Positions 30,782-39,869 of a stretch of 64,000 bases of DNA are shown here, piece by piece; the first letter of the stretch is position 1, and each line of letters opens with the position of its first letter. The DNA is from Bacteroidota bacterium. Its GTDB lineage: Bacteria; Bacteroidota; Bacteroidia; Bacteroidales; GCA-2711565. Position numbers and translations under genes: made by a program. The stretch covers positions 2,378 through 66,377 of the forward strand of contig PIVJ01000003.1 in NCBI GenBank assembly GCA_003353955.1, written 5' to 3'. The notes below the pieces were generated by a model. That model did not search any database, was not told the origin of the DNA, and was given only the letters and a program-made list of their open reading frames with translations.

Positions 30782-31717
30782 ATGTTTGAAAGAGAACCGT
30801 TGCTGGCGAAGTATTCATATCCCTTAAAATTAATTGCATTAATTATTATTGCTGTACTCTCATTGTTATTTACTACCATATTTGGAGTTGTATTTGCAAT
30901 TCCCTTCTTTGGATTTGATGTACTGGAAAGTTTTGGGAATACTGATATGACAAATCCGGATAACATCGGCTTTTTAAAATACTCTCAGATTGTGAGTCAA
31001 ATTGGGCTTTTTATCATACCTCCAATCCTATTTGCATATTGGGCTTCAAGAAAAACGCTTACTTATTTAAAATTAAATATTAAGCCACAGTTAAGATTTC
31101 TGCTGATTTCAACTATTATTATTTTTATAGCCTTACCATTTCTTGGATGGATTGGGGAAATTAATCAGTCCATGGAATTACCAAGTTTCTTATCTGGGTT
31201 TGAGGACTGGATGAAGAAATCTGAGGAGGAGGCAGCTAAATTAATAATGGCCTTTTTAAATGTAAAAGCAGTAAATGCTATGTTATTTAATGTTTTTATG
31301 ATAGCAATTATTCCGGGAATAGGCGAGGAATTGCTTTTCAGAGGAGTTGTATTAAAGTTATTTAAAGGTTGGATCAGGAATTATCATATAGCTATAATAA
31401 TTTCCGCAGTACTATTTAGTGCATTGCATTTACAATTTTATGGCTTTCTGCCCCGATTATTATTAGGCCTTTTACTCGGCTATATGTATGTATGGTCGGG
31501 CTCTCTTTGGGTACCAATTTTTATTCATTTTATGAATAATGCGTTTGCTATTATTTATGTTTATGCAAGCGGTTCAACTGATATTTTGAGTTCAGATGTG
31601 GAGGCGATTGGGACTTCTGAAAATACATTTATAATAGGAGGAAGTTTTATTTTCCTGTGCTTTTTAATGTTAATAATGCTTAAGTGGTATCGAGATACTC
31701 TCCCGAATAGTAAATAA
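30782..31717 (+). CDS. CPBP family intramembrane glutamic endopeptidase (CAAX protease-like)
   Basis: 311 aa polytopic protein with the CPBP motifs GIGEELLFRG, FSALHL and HFMNNA. Confidence 0.8.
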   Translation: MFEREPLLAKYSYPLKLIALIIIAVLSLLFTTIFGVVFAIPFFGFDVLESFGNTDMTNPDNIGFLKYSQIVSQIGLFIIPPILFAYWASRKTLTYLKLNIKPQLRFLLISTIIIFIALPFLGWIGEINQSMELPSFLSGFEDWMKKSEEEAAKLIMAFLNVKAVNAMLFNVFMIAIIPGIGEELLFRGVVLKLFKGWIRNYHIAIIISAVLFSALHLQFYGFLPRLLLGLLLGYMYVWSGSLWVPIFIHFMNNAFAIIYVYASGSTDILSSDVEAIGTSENTFIIGGSFIFLCFLMLIMLKWYRDTLPNSK

Positions 31718-31718
31718 A

Positions 31719-31748
31719 AAGAGGAAATATCATTCAATATCTCCTCTT
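31719..31748. terminator. Bidirectional hairpin between convergent CPBP and exbD genes
   Basis: 12-bp stem AAGAGGAAATAT/ATATCTCCTCTT (one mismatch) with a 6-nt loop. A-run before and T-rich stretch after. Confidence 0.55.
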
Positions 31749-31774
31749 GATCTTATTTTAACTAAATAATTGCT

Positions 31775-32245
31775 TTATCTTCTTCTGGCTATTTCCTTTC
31801 TTGTTGAGTAATTTATTTTAAGTGCGCCGGCTTTCCTCAGTTCTTGTTTAATATCTGAGACAAATCCCATTTTGGTTTCATAATAAATTTTTAAGGAAGT
31901 AGTGATAAATTTTCGATCATACTCATCTCTGGCTTCTCTTTCCTTAGCAACAAATTCTTGAATTTCAGAAAGTGAAGCGAAGCGGTCATTTAATTGAATC
32001 CTCGATTCAGTACCATAAATCTTAGTATTCATTGGTGGACCGACGTGAATAAAACTAACCAACGATTTCTTCTCCAACTTCACAACTTCAGTAGCCGAAG
32101 GTAGGGTTTTCTTAACCATTACCGTAGTTTCTTTCATGGTTGTAGTTACCATAAAGAAAAAGAGAAGCATGAAAATAATATCAGGCATAGATGAGGTACT
32201 AATTGCCGGAACTTCTTTTGAGCCTTGTTTCTTAAATCTTGACAT
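31775..32245 (-). CDS. exbD: Biopolymer transporter ExbD/TolR family
   Basis: 156 aa with a single N-terminal TM (PDIIFMLLFFFMVTTT) and the ExbD periplasmic domain. Last gene of the exbB cluster. Confidence 0.8.
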   Translation of the reverse strand: MSRFKKQGSKEVPAISTSSMPDIIFMLLFFFMVTTTMKETTVMVKKTLPSATEVVKLEKKSLVSFIHVGPPMNTKIYGTESRIQLNDRFASLSEIQEFVAKEREARDEYDRKFITTSLKIYYETKMGFVSDIKQELRKAGALKINYSTRKEIARRR

Positions 32246-32247
32246 AT

Positions 32248-32820
32248 TTAATTTCCTCCTATATCTCTTGGTTCAGCTTCCGAAATACGCAATGGAATTG
32301 CTTTATTAATAGCTCCAATTATGTTTTCATCAATTAAATCTTCGTATCTCCTGCCATATTTTAACATTGCCAGATCATTTCTAAGATCCTTGAACGCAGC
32401 TGTTAATTCATTTTGAACTTTTATGTACATATCGTATGATGTACCTCGCACACTTTGTAAAGAAATAACACCTCTACTAAATGGTATTTCACCCAAGTAA
32501 TCGAAAGTTTTTAATTCAACTACCGGATAATCAGGGTTGTCAGGATGAATGGACATAAAATCTCTAACCTCTGCTCTAAGATTATTAATATCAGAGTGCT
32601 TATCATTAACTAACAAAAGATCTTGACTACTCACCAGAATTTTCATGATATTCCGCTCATTGATTTTTGGTATCTCAGCATCAGGTGGAAGTGGTGGCGA
32701 CAGCTGACGAATGATTCCAGTATCAACATCCATAGTTGTAGTAACCAGAAAGAAGATAAGCATTAGGAATGCAATATCTGCCATGGAGCCAGCATTTACC
32801 TGTGGAGTTTTCCTTGCCAT
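32248..32820 (-). CDS. exbD: Biopolymer transporter ExbD/TolR family (long form)
   Basis: 190 aa with the N-terminal motif NAGSMADIAFLMLIFFLVTT typical of ExbD. There is a 2-nt gap to the next exbD. Confidence 0.8.
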   Translation of the reverse strand: MARKTPQVNAGSMADIAFLMLIFFLVTTTMDVDTGIIRQLSPPLPPDAEIPKINERNIMKILVSSQDLLLVNDKHSDINNLRAEVRDFMSIHPDNPDYPVVELKTFDYLGEIPFSRGVISLQSVRGTSYDMYIKVQNELTAAFKDLRNDLAMLKYGRRYEDLIDENIIGAINKAIPLRISEAEPRDIGGN

Positions 32821-32838
32821 GTTGTTAAATATTATAGT

Positions 32839-33258
32839 TTATTTGAATGCTTTTGCTATACCAGAAACAGCTAATGTTATAACCGTAATTCCTGCCAGAA
32901 TATAAGTCATGATCATGCCGCCCCCTATAAATTTAGATATTTCAGGTGTAACGCCTGTTTTCTCATAAATATCAGCATTGGTTGCATCTGATGCCATAGC
33001 ATAAGAAATTAAATAAAGTACAACAAAGCCTGCAATAACAATTAGAAATTTCACACCTTTTTTAGGATTCTTTATAAAGAAAAAAATTGGAAACCCAATC
33101 AGCAATGCTACAGTAATACCAAATAAAATATAAGCCCAGGTCATTAATGTAACTGCCATTGATTCACCATTAATATAGAATATAACAAATAGTACCAATG
33201 ATATAGCAAGTATAACAACAAGACCAATTTGTAATATTTTGTTTAATGTTTCAGTCAT
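32839..33258 (-). CDS. Uncharacterised 4-TM membrane protein inside the ExbB/ExbD operon
   Basis: 139 aa with four predicted TM helices and no recognisable motif. The ATG at 33258 is 6 nt after the exbB stop, and the stop is 18 nt before the exbD start. Confidence 0.5.
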   Translation of the reverse strand: MTETLNKILQIGLVVILAISLVLFVIFYINGESMAVTLMTWAYILFGITVALLIGFPIFFFIKNPKKGVKFLIVIAGFVVLYLISYAMASDATNADIYEKTGVTPEISKFIGGGMIMTYILAGITVITLAVSGIAKAFK

Positions 33259-33264
33259 GATCAA

Positions 33265-34083
33265 TTAGTTTTTTGATTTGAATTTAGTAAGGATATCAAT
33301 GAAAGTAATTGTGCTGTCTTCCATATCGTTAACAAGTCCATCAACTTTAGAAAGAAGATAGTTGTAGAAAATCTGAAGTATCACAGCTACAATTAATCCA
33401 AACACAGTAGTTAAAAGAGCTACTTTCATGCCACCAGCAACAATATTTGCAGAAATATCCCCGGCTGCTTCAATAGCTTCAAATGCTACGATCATTCCAA
33501 TTACTGTACCCATAAATCCAAGCATAGGAGCGATGGCAATGAATAAAGCAATCCATGATAGTCCTTTTTCTAATCGGCCCATTAAAACGCTACCGTAAGA
33601 AACAATAGATTTCTCTACGATTTCGATTCCTTCGCTGTATCTGTCTAATCCTTGATAGAAAATACTTGCAACCGGTCCTTTTGTGTTTTTGCATACATCT
33701 ATTGCAGCATCAATACCGACTGTTTCAAGAGCAGATTCAACTTGGTTTAATAATTTTTGATTGTTTGTTGTTGCAAGATTTAGATAAATAATTCTTTCAA
33801 TACTCATGGCTAAACCTAATACAAGTGTGATAAGTACCAATCCCATAAACCGCCAGTCTCCTGCGATGAATTGTTCTTTAAGTACTTGTTGAAATCCTTG
33901 ACTTTCTGCAAGGTCGGCTTCAAGTGTTGGAGTAGCCACAACTGCTGCTTCTGCTGTTGCAGTTGTTGCAGTTGTTGCAGTTGCTGTATCGATTCCTTCC
34001 TGTGCTACAACCATGTTTGTAAACCCGAGAGTTAGCATTCCTGCTATCGTCATTAAAGCAATTAATTTTTTCATAGTTAACAT
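33265..34083 (-). CDS. exbB: MotA/TolQ/ExbB proton channel family protein
   Basis: 272 aa with a signal/TM N-terminus, a T/A-rich low-complexity spacer, and the conserved C-terminal channel block (IAPMLGFMGTVIGMI...AL.TT..GL). Confidence 0.85.
   Translation of the reverse strand: MLTMKKLIALMTIAGMLTLGFTNMVVAQEGIDTATATTATTATAEAAVVATPTLEADLAESQGFQQVLKEQFIAGDWRFMGLVLITLVLGLAMSIERIIYLNLATTNNQKLLNQVESALETVGIDAAIDVCKNTKGPVASIFYQGLDRYSEGIEIVEKSIVSYGSVLMGRLEKGLSWIALFIAIAPMLGFMGTVIGMIVAFEAIEAAGDISANIVAGGMKVALLTTVFGLIVAVILQIFYNYLLSKVDGLVNDMEDSTITFIDILTKFKSKN
33956..33982. repeat. Perfect 9-nt tandem repeat x3 (GTTGCAGTT) inside exbB
   Basis: Three identical in-frame units encode the TATTATTATA tract of the ExbB N-terminal spacer. 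Confidence 0.85.
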
Positions 34084-34288
34084 TTATTTGTTCTTAATAA
34101 TTCAAACTTTAATTAAATCAATTTATCGTTTTTTTAATATTACTGGTTTTTACAGTTCGCTAATATAAATATTTATTTTAATTGAGTAAAACTTTTAACT
34201 CTTTTTTGGTGTATAGTATAAAAAGAAATTTTTTCTTAAGACGAAATGATTTTACCAATTGAATATAAATTAAGATAAAGAATAAAGA

Positions 34289-35464
34289 TTACAAAGAGTG
34301 AAGCTCAAATGATTCTTTGGTACATTCTCTTTGATTATGTAATGGATTTACATACATTCGTAAAAACATAGAGTGTATTTCTTTAGAATCTCCTGCTATT
34401 AGACCCAAAGCATCTTTTAACATCGCCTTAAATCTTAGTACTTGACCATTAGTATAATGTGATGCATTTGAATTTGTGTCATTCAATATATCTTCTGCAA
34501 TATAATTATTTGGCCATAATTTAAAATTACGGTAAATTTGTTGATCAATGTACTCTGCTAATTTTTTTATTCGAGCTGAAATGGGTTCTTCCCTAATAAA
34601 AAAATTATTATTTAAAGAAATTGGTTTTCCGAATTCGAAATGAATGCGCCCTTTAGGTCTTATCAAACCTTCTTCCATACTTCTAAAGTCATCTTCCCTT
34701 GTTTTTGTGTAATTCTTTGTTTGTTTCTTATACAATTCTGCAACTTTAGAAATAGAACAAGGTTCGATCTCATAAGAAATTGAAAGAGGCACAATTCTCA
34801 ATTCATTAAACCCAGCAACTAAGTCATTATGATTACTCAAATTTAACATTTTCAACAAAGCTGGTTGCGTTTTGTCGTTTCCATCCTTGGTTCTTCCTTC
34901 ACTTTGTGCAATCCAAACAGATACATTTTTTAAAGCAATATTTTCACGGATATAATTCGAGACTTTATTTGATGCTAAAAGTAATTCCCTTGCAGGAAGG
35001 TTTCGTCGGATAACAAATGCGCGGTTAAGCTTTAAAGCATATTCTATCCATTTTTTGATAAGTAAATTGTCACCAATTGCAATCTCAGTGGCATTCATCC
35101 CTTCTTTGACAATTAAGTAGTTCATGAGTGCTGAATCAAGAAGAATATCTCTGTGATTAGAGATAAACAAATAGCTTTTGCTTTTATCAAGATTCTCTAA
35201 TCCACCAGTCGTTTGTCCATCAGTTGATCGTTCAAGTATTAGTTCATCAATTAGGGGAGACATAAAATTAGACTGTAGTTCATTTATTGTATGAATATTT
35301 TCAAGGGCAAACCTTGCTTGTTCTATCTTTGAGTCATCTTTGAAAAGAAAATGCAAAACTTGCTGAAAGTCTTTATCCCGAAGAAGATATCGTAATTTCT
35401 CATCTACTTCCGAATCTTCAAATGACCTAATATCATCAAAGTTATAGTCTTCAACCATCATCAT
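34289..35464 (-). CDS. Glycerolipid acyltransferase family protein (PlsC/GPAT-like)
   Basis: 391 aa with the acyltransferase block FISNHRDILLDSALMN and a downstream EGRT-type block (SEGRTKDG). Confidence 0.65.
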   Translation of the reverse strand: MMMVEDYNFDDIRSFEDSEVDEKLRYLLRDKDFQQVLHFLFKDDSKIEQARFALENIHTINELQSNFMSPLIDELILERSTDGQTTGGLENLDKSKSYLFISNHRDILLDSALMNYLIVKEGMNATEIAIGDNLLIKKWIEYALKLNRAFVIRRNLPARELLLASNKVSNYIRENIALKNVSVWIAQSEGRTKDGNDKTQPALLKMLNLSNHNDLVAGFNELRIVPLSISYEIEPCSISKVAELYKKQTKNYTKTREDDFRSMEEGLIRPKGRIHFEFGKPISLNNNFFIREEPISARIKKLAEYIDQQIYRNFKLWPNNYIAEDILNDTNSNASHYTNGQVLRFKAMLKDALGLIAGDSKEIHSMFLRMYVNPLHNQRECTKESFELHSL

Positions 35465-35528
35465 TTTTTGTATTTTAAGAGTGTTGTTGTGGTCTAGGTA
35501 AGATCATCAAGAGGTGCTATTAAGGCAC

Positions 35529-35714
35529 CTATTCCACTTCAGCTTGTTCGATAGCTAATTTACCTTTATAGTAACCACATTCTGCGCATACCCTGTGATA
35601 TAATACAGAAGCTCCGCAATTTGAGCAAGTAGAAATAGTTGGGGCAACCGCTTTATAATGTGTTCTTCTTTTATCTCTTCTTTGTTTCGAAATCTTGCGT
35701 TTTGGATGTGCCAT
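35529..35714 (-). CDS. rpmF: 50S ribosomal protein L32
   Basis: 61 aa with the MAHPKRKISKQRRDKRRTH N-terminus and CxxC...CxxC zinc ribbon. Confidence 0.95.
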   Translation of the reverse strand: MAHPKRKISKQRRDKRRTHYKAVAPTISTCSNCGASVLYHRVCAECGYYKGKLAIEQAEVE

Positions 35715-35736
35715 TTTAATTCGTTTTTTTACCTGA

Positions 35737-36258
35737 TTATTTTGTCTTTAGCTTTTTTAAAGTGTCCCATCGGGGATCACTTTGTTGTTCTCTTAAGGAT
35801 AGTTGGTTAATCTTATCCAACATTGCCTGATTACATTGTGATTTACCGTTGGGTTCATTAAAATGTAATCGCTGTATTGGGAGCATTAAAATTATGTATT
35901 CGTAAATATAAGGTGCTAGGTCAATTTCAAAATCATTTCTCGGAATAATTATTATTTCATCAGTTTCTTCCCTGAAAGTATCTCCAAATTGAATAAATAA
36001 TTTTTGATCTCCCTTAATCGGGAAATAAAAATCTTCTGAACATCGATCACACTTCACTTGAATATTTCCATCAATTTGAAAATGTAAAACAAACATATTA
36101 TCTTGTTTTTCGAACAAAAGGGCTACATTTACATCGCCCTTCTTTATTTCCGAATACTCAATTTTCTCAAAGAACAAATCATCTACTACAAAAGTAAATT
36201 TATGATTTCCAACACCTAACCCTTCAAATGGGATTGTAAAATTTTTCAAATAATCCAC
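35737..36258 (-). CDS. yceD: YceD/DUF177 family protein (large-subunit rRNA accumulation protein)
   Basis: 173 aa with the CDRCSEDF motif. Has the conserved position directly upstream of rpmF and a GTG start. Confidence 0.75.
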   Translation of the reverse strand: MDYLKNFTIPFEGLGVGNHKFTFVVDDLFFEKIEYSEIKKGDVNVALLFEKQDNMFVLHFQIDGNIQVKCDRCSEDFYFPIKGDQKLFIQFGDTFREETDEIIIIPRNDFEIDLAPYIYEYIILMLPIQRLHFNEPNGKSQCNQAMLDKINQLSLREQQSDPRWDTLKKLKTK

Positions 36259-36283
36259 AACTACCCTTTTTTAATTTGGGCTG

Positions 36284-36291
36284 CAAAAATA
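36284..36291 (-). promoter_or_regulatory. -7 promoter box (TATTTTTG) for yceD-rpmF
   Basis: TAnnTTTG on the minus strand, 26 nt upstream of the yceD start. Confidence 0.45.
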
Positions 36292-36531
36292 TATATTAAA
36301 ATTATGAATTACAAATATTTATTGGGTTCCGGGAGCAAAATATAATTGTATGCAAAAAATTATTGGTTATCAGACAAGTAATTGTTTACTTTTAATTAAA
36401 AAAAGGCGTTTAAATGAGCGAAAAAAAGATGTGGTAGATATAGATTTATATATTGCTTTTTACATAAGAATCAAGAATAAAGTACTGTTAAATTTTCACA
36501 AGATATTATAAGAAATAGAATAAAGAATCTG

Positions 36532-36539
36532 TATTTTTG
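36532..36539 (+). promoter_or_regulatory. -7 promoter box (TATTTTTG) for the proline dehydrogenase gene
   Basis: TAnnTTTG 47 nt upstream of the ATG at 36586. Confidence 0.45.
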
Positions 36540-36585
36540 CGGCTATATAAAGAATATAATTTACATAAAATAATTTACTGATATC

Positions 36586-37497
36586 ATGCTTAATAAACTT
36601 ATTTCATTGCTTCTACCATACATGCCAAAAAGCTTCGTTTGGTTATTTTCAAGAAGGTATATTGCCGGAGAAACAATTGAAAATGCAATAAAAGTTTCTA
36701 AGAGCCTAAATAAACAAGGTATGAAAATAACCATAGATTTATTGGGTGAATTTATTACTAATTTGAATCAGGCAAAAGAAAACACCAGTATATATTTAAA
36801 TATTATTGAAACGGTTGAGAGGTATGAAATTGATGGAAATTACTCCTTAAAGCCCACTATGTTTGGTTTATTGCTCGATAAAGAAATCTGTTATACATAC
36901 ATTCGGCAAATAGTAGAGAAAGCAGCGGCACATAACAATTTTGTTAGAATTGACATGGAAGATTCGCAGTGTGTCGATCGGGAGCTTGAAATTTTCAGAA
37001 AAATAAGACTAGAATTTCCAAAAAATGTGGGATTGGTTTTTCAATCTTACTTAAAGCGAACCCTAGATGATATTAAAGGACTGCAAGATTTAAGTACTAC
37101 AGAACTTCCAATAAATTATCGATTGTGTAAAGGCATTTATGTTGAACCTGCTGAAATAGCCTTTAAAAAGGGTGAAGAGATAAACGAGCATTTTCTTAAA
37201 GATTTAGAGTATATGTTCCAAAATAATTTTTATCCGGGTATTGCCACACATGATAAACTGTTGGTTGAAGGAGCCTATAAACTAATCGAAAAGTATAACA
37301 TTCCTAAAAACATGTACGAATTCCAAATGCTCTATGGGGTTACCCCCGAATTAAGAAAATCAATTGTGGATAAAGGTCATCCAATGAGAATATATGTCCC
37401 TTATGGAAAAGATTGGTTCGCCTATTCTACCAGACGATTGAAAGAGAATCCCAAAATGGCGTTTCTAATTATTAAAGCATTATTCTTTAGGGGATAG
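36586..37497 (+). CDS. Proline dehydrogenase (monofunctional PRODH)
   Basis: 303 aa with TIDLLGE, CKGIY and the C-terminal YSTRRLKENP block typical of PutA-type PRODH barrels. Confidence 0.8.
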   Translation: MLNKLISLLLPYMPKSFVWLFSRRYIAGETIENAIKVSKSLNKQGMKITIDLLGEFITNLNQAKENTSIYLNIIETVERYEIDGNYSLKPTMFGLLLDKEICYTYIRQIVEKAAAHNNFVRIDMEDSQCVDRELEIFRKIRLEFPKNVGLVFQSYLKRTLDDIKGLQDLSTTELPINYRLCKGIYVEPAEIAFKKGEEINEHFLKDLEYMFQNNFYPGIATHDKLLVEGAYKLIEKYNIPKNMYEFQMLYGVTPELRKSIVDKGHPMRIYVPYGKDWFAYSTRRLKENPKMAFLIIKALFFRG

Positions 37498-37617
37498 AAT
37501 TTGTATATTGTTAAATAAAGTTAACAAATCTTTCGTAAGTAACTGTATTTTAACACTCTTTAAACTTTAACTGTTAAGCAAATCACTTGTATTCCTTGCT
37601 AATTGCCAAATAATTAG

Positions 37618-37625
37618 TAATTTTG
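37618..37625 (+). promoter_or_regulatory. -7 promoter box (TAATTTTG) for the GT5-DUF4270-glmS unit
   Basis: TAnnTTTG 22 nt upstream of the ATG at 37647, with a TTG 19 nt further upstream. Confidence 0.5.
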
Positions 37626-37646
37626 CGTTTCAAAACATAAATAATT

Positions 37647-38459
37647 ATGCAAAAAGCAAGGATTTTGTTTATCGCCCAAGAAATCACTCCCTTTCTTGAA
37701 GAAACCCCGATGGGGAAAATCTGTCGTTACCTTCCTCAGGGAATTCAGGAAAGAGGAAAAGAGATCAGAACATTTATGCCAAGATATGGCTTAATTAATG
37801 AGCGTCGAAATCAACTTCATGAGGTCATTCGTCTTTCAGGAATGAATTTAATAATTGACGATTCAGATCATCCGCTAATTATAAAGGTTGCATCGATTCA
37901 GCAAGCCAGAATGCAGATTTATTTTATTGATAACGAGGATTATTTTCAACGTAAATTTACCATAACAGATAAAAATGGGAAATTCTACAAAGACAATGAT
38001 GAAAGAGCTATTTTCTTTTCTCGAGGTGTGTTGGAAACGGTAAAAGAACTGGGATGGGCACCCGATTTGGTGCATTGCCATGGGTGGATAACAAGCTTAT
38101 CTCCACTATACATTAAAAAGGCTTTCAAGGATAATCCGTTGTTTACTGAATCAAAAGTTATTACTTCATTATATGATGATGACTTTTATGATAAATTAAG
38201 TAAGGATTTTGCAAAAAAAATTGTTTTAGACGGTATTTCAAAAGAAGATTTAAAACACTATAAAGAGGGCAACTACATTAATATGATAAAAGCAGCTATT
38301 GATTTTTCCGATGCTTTAATTATTAGTAGTGAAAAAATTAATGGGGAAGCCGAAGCTTATCTAAAAGCCTCTGGAAAACCATTCCTTGAATTTCATTCTG
38401 AGGAAACCTACGTGGATGCATATAATGAATTTTACGACAAAATTTTGGAAATATCTTAG
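37647..38459 (+). CDS. Short glycogen/starch-synthase-like protein (GT5 N-terminal domain only)
   Basis: 270 aa with a GlgA-like N-terminus (ILFIAQEITPF...MPRYG...HCHGW) but no C-terminal GT1 half. Confidence 0.75.
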   Translation: MQKARILFIAQEITPFLEETPMGKICRYLPQGIQERGKEIRTFMPRYGLINERRNQLHEVIRLSGMNLIIDDSDHPLIIKVASIQQARMQIYFIDNEDYFQRKFTITDKNGKFYKDNDERAIFFSRGVLETVKELGWAPDLVHCHGWITSLSPLYIKKAFKDNPLFTESKVITSLYDDDFYDKLSKDFAKKIVLDGISKEDLKHYKEGNYINMIKAAIDFSDALIISSEKINGEAEAYLKASGKPFLEFHSEETYVDAYNEFYDKILEIS

Positions 38460-38495
38460 CTAAAAACATAGTATTAATTTTAAAGTCAGCTTATA

Positions 38496-39851
38496 TTGAA
38501 AATCAAGAATGGCGCATGGAAAACTCTCATGCTCGTAGTTATTACGCTCGGAGTCTATTTAACTAGTTGCACTAAAAAAGGCCAAATTATCGGTGTAGAA
38601 ATAAGACCTACCAATGAATTAGAATTAGAATCAAACGATACTTCAAGTATAATTGCATATTCTATTTTACAGGATTCGCTGATTACAACCAACTATACAC
38701 GTGTATTAATTGGCAGTCATATGGATGCAACATTTGGCCAAACAAATGCCAGCTATTATACTCAATTACGATTACGGCCGAACTTAATAGACTTTAACTT
38801 TGGTCAAAATGCAGTTATCGAGTCTCTTATTCTTTCACTCTCTTACGATGGATATTATGGAGACACTACCACTTATCAAACTTTTAAAGTTTATGAAATA
38901 AGTGAACCATTAAATTCTGATAGTGGTTATTACTATTACTCTAATGACAAAGTTTCACATTATGGTGAAGAGCTTGCAAGTATTACTTTTCAACCCAAAC
39001 CCAATACCCCGATTTTTCAGACTGATCCTGATACAATTACGATTGAACCGTTTATTGAATTTGATTTATTATCACAATCTACACAGTTTGCAGATAAAAT
39101 TCTATCTACCCCCTTAGAAATTCTTCAGGATCCTGACAGTTTTCTGGAATATATCAATGGCCTATGTGTAATTGCCGAACCCGTAAATGAAGGAGGAGCC
39201 ATTTTATATTTTAACCTATTATCGACAAAATCAGATTTAACAATAAAGTATCGAAATGATGAATCCACAGATGCTGTTTATGAAATCCCGTTAGTTGACT
39301 CTACAACAAGATTCAATAATTATGATCACAATAATTATTTGGATGCATCTGATGATTTTAAAGCTCAGGTATTGACAGGTGACGCTAGTTTAGGGCAAGA
39401 AAATATTTATGTTCAAGCATTGGCAGGCGTTGTTACAAAAGTTACATTCCCATTTATAAATACCCTCACAACACATAGCAATATTGTTATTAATAGTGCT
39501 GAACTTAGCATGTCAGTGAGTGAAGATATTAATGGCAGTTTTCCTCCTGAAAAGTTGACTCTCGTTGAAATAAATTCAGATGGAACCACTAGTGCCTTTA
39601 TTGATGCACTAGCAGGCGATGCTTATTTTGGCGGTGTTTATGATAGCATTAATCACGAATATAAATTTCAAATTTCCCAATATGTACAGCAATTAACAAC
39701 GCAGGGAGCAACAGATTATGGGTTCTATCTTAAGGTTTACGGAGGAGCCACTCGTGGTGGACAGATTACACTAAAGGGAACAAATCCTGCGCTACCTGCT
39801 TCATTTTCAGACCGAATAAAACTTAAAGTTATTTATACTATTGTCGAATAA
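38496..39851 (+). CDS. DUF4270-like lipoprotein
   Basis: 451 aa with a lipoprotein signal and LTSC lipobox. Its position between the short GT5 gene and glmS matches the conserved Bacteroidota arrangement as I recall it. Start is TTG at 38496 or ATG at 38529. Confidence 0.6.
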   Translation: MKIKNGAWKTLMLVVITLGVYLTSCTKKGQIIGVEIRPTNELELESNDTSSIIAYSILQDSLITTNYTRVLIGSHMDATFGQTNASYYTQLRLRPNLIDFNFGQNAVIESLILSLSYDGYYGDTTTYQTFKVYEISEPLNSDSGYYYYSNDKVSHYGEELASITFQPKPNTPIFQTDPDTITIEPFIEFDLLSQSTQFADKILSTPLEILQDPDSFLEYINGLCVIAEPVNEGGAILYFNLLSTKSDLTIKYRNDESTDAVYEIPLVDSTTRFNNYDHNNYLDASDDFKAQVLTGDASLGQENIYVQALAGVVTKVTFPFINTLTTHSNIVINSAELSMSVSEDINGSFPPEKLTLVEINSDGTTSAFIDALAGDAYFGGVYDSINHEYKFQISQYVQQLTTQGATDYGFYLKVYGGATRGGQITLKGTNPALPASFSDRIKLKVIYTIVE

Positions 39852-39869
39852 TCAATAACATTCGTTATT

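Noticed and set aside
30769-30966. 65-aa minus-strand ORF overlapping the CPBP protease start.
   Set aside because: It is antisense to the first TM helices of a well-supported gene and has no signals of its own.
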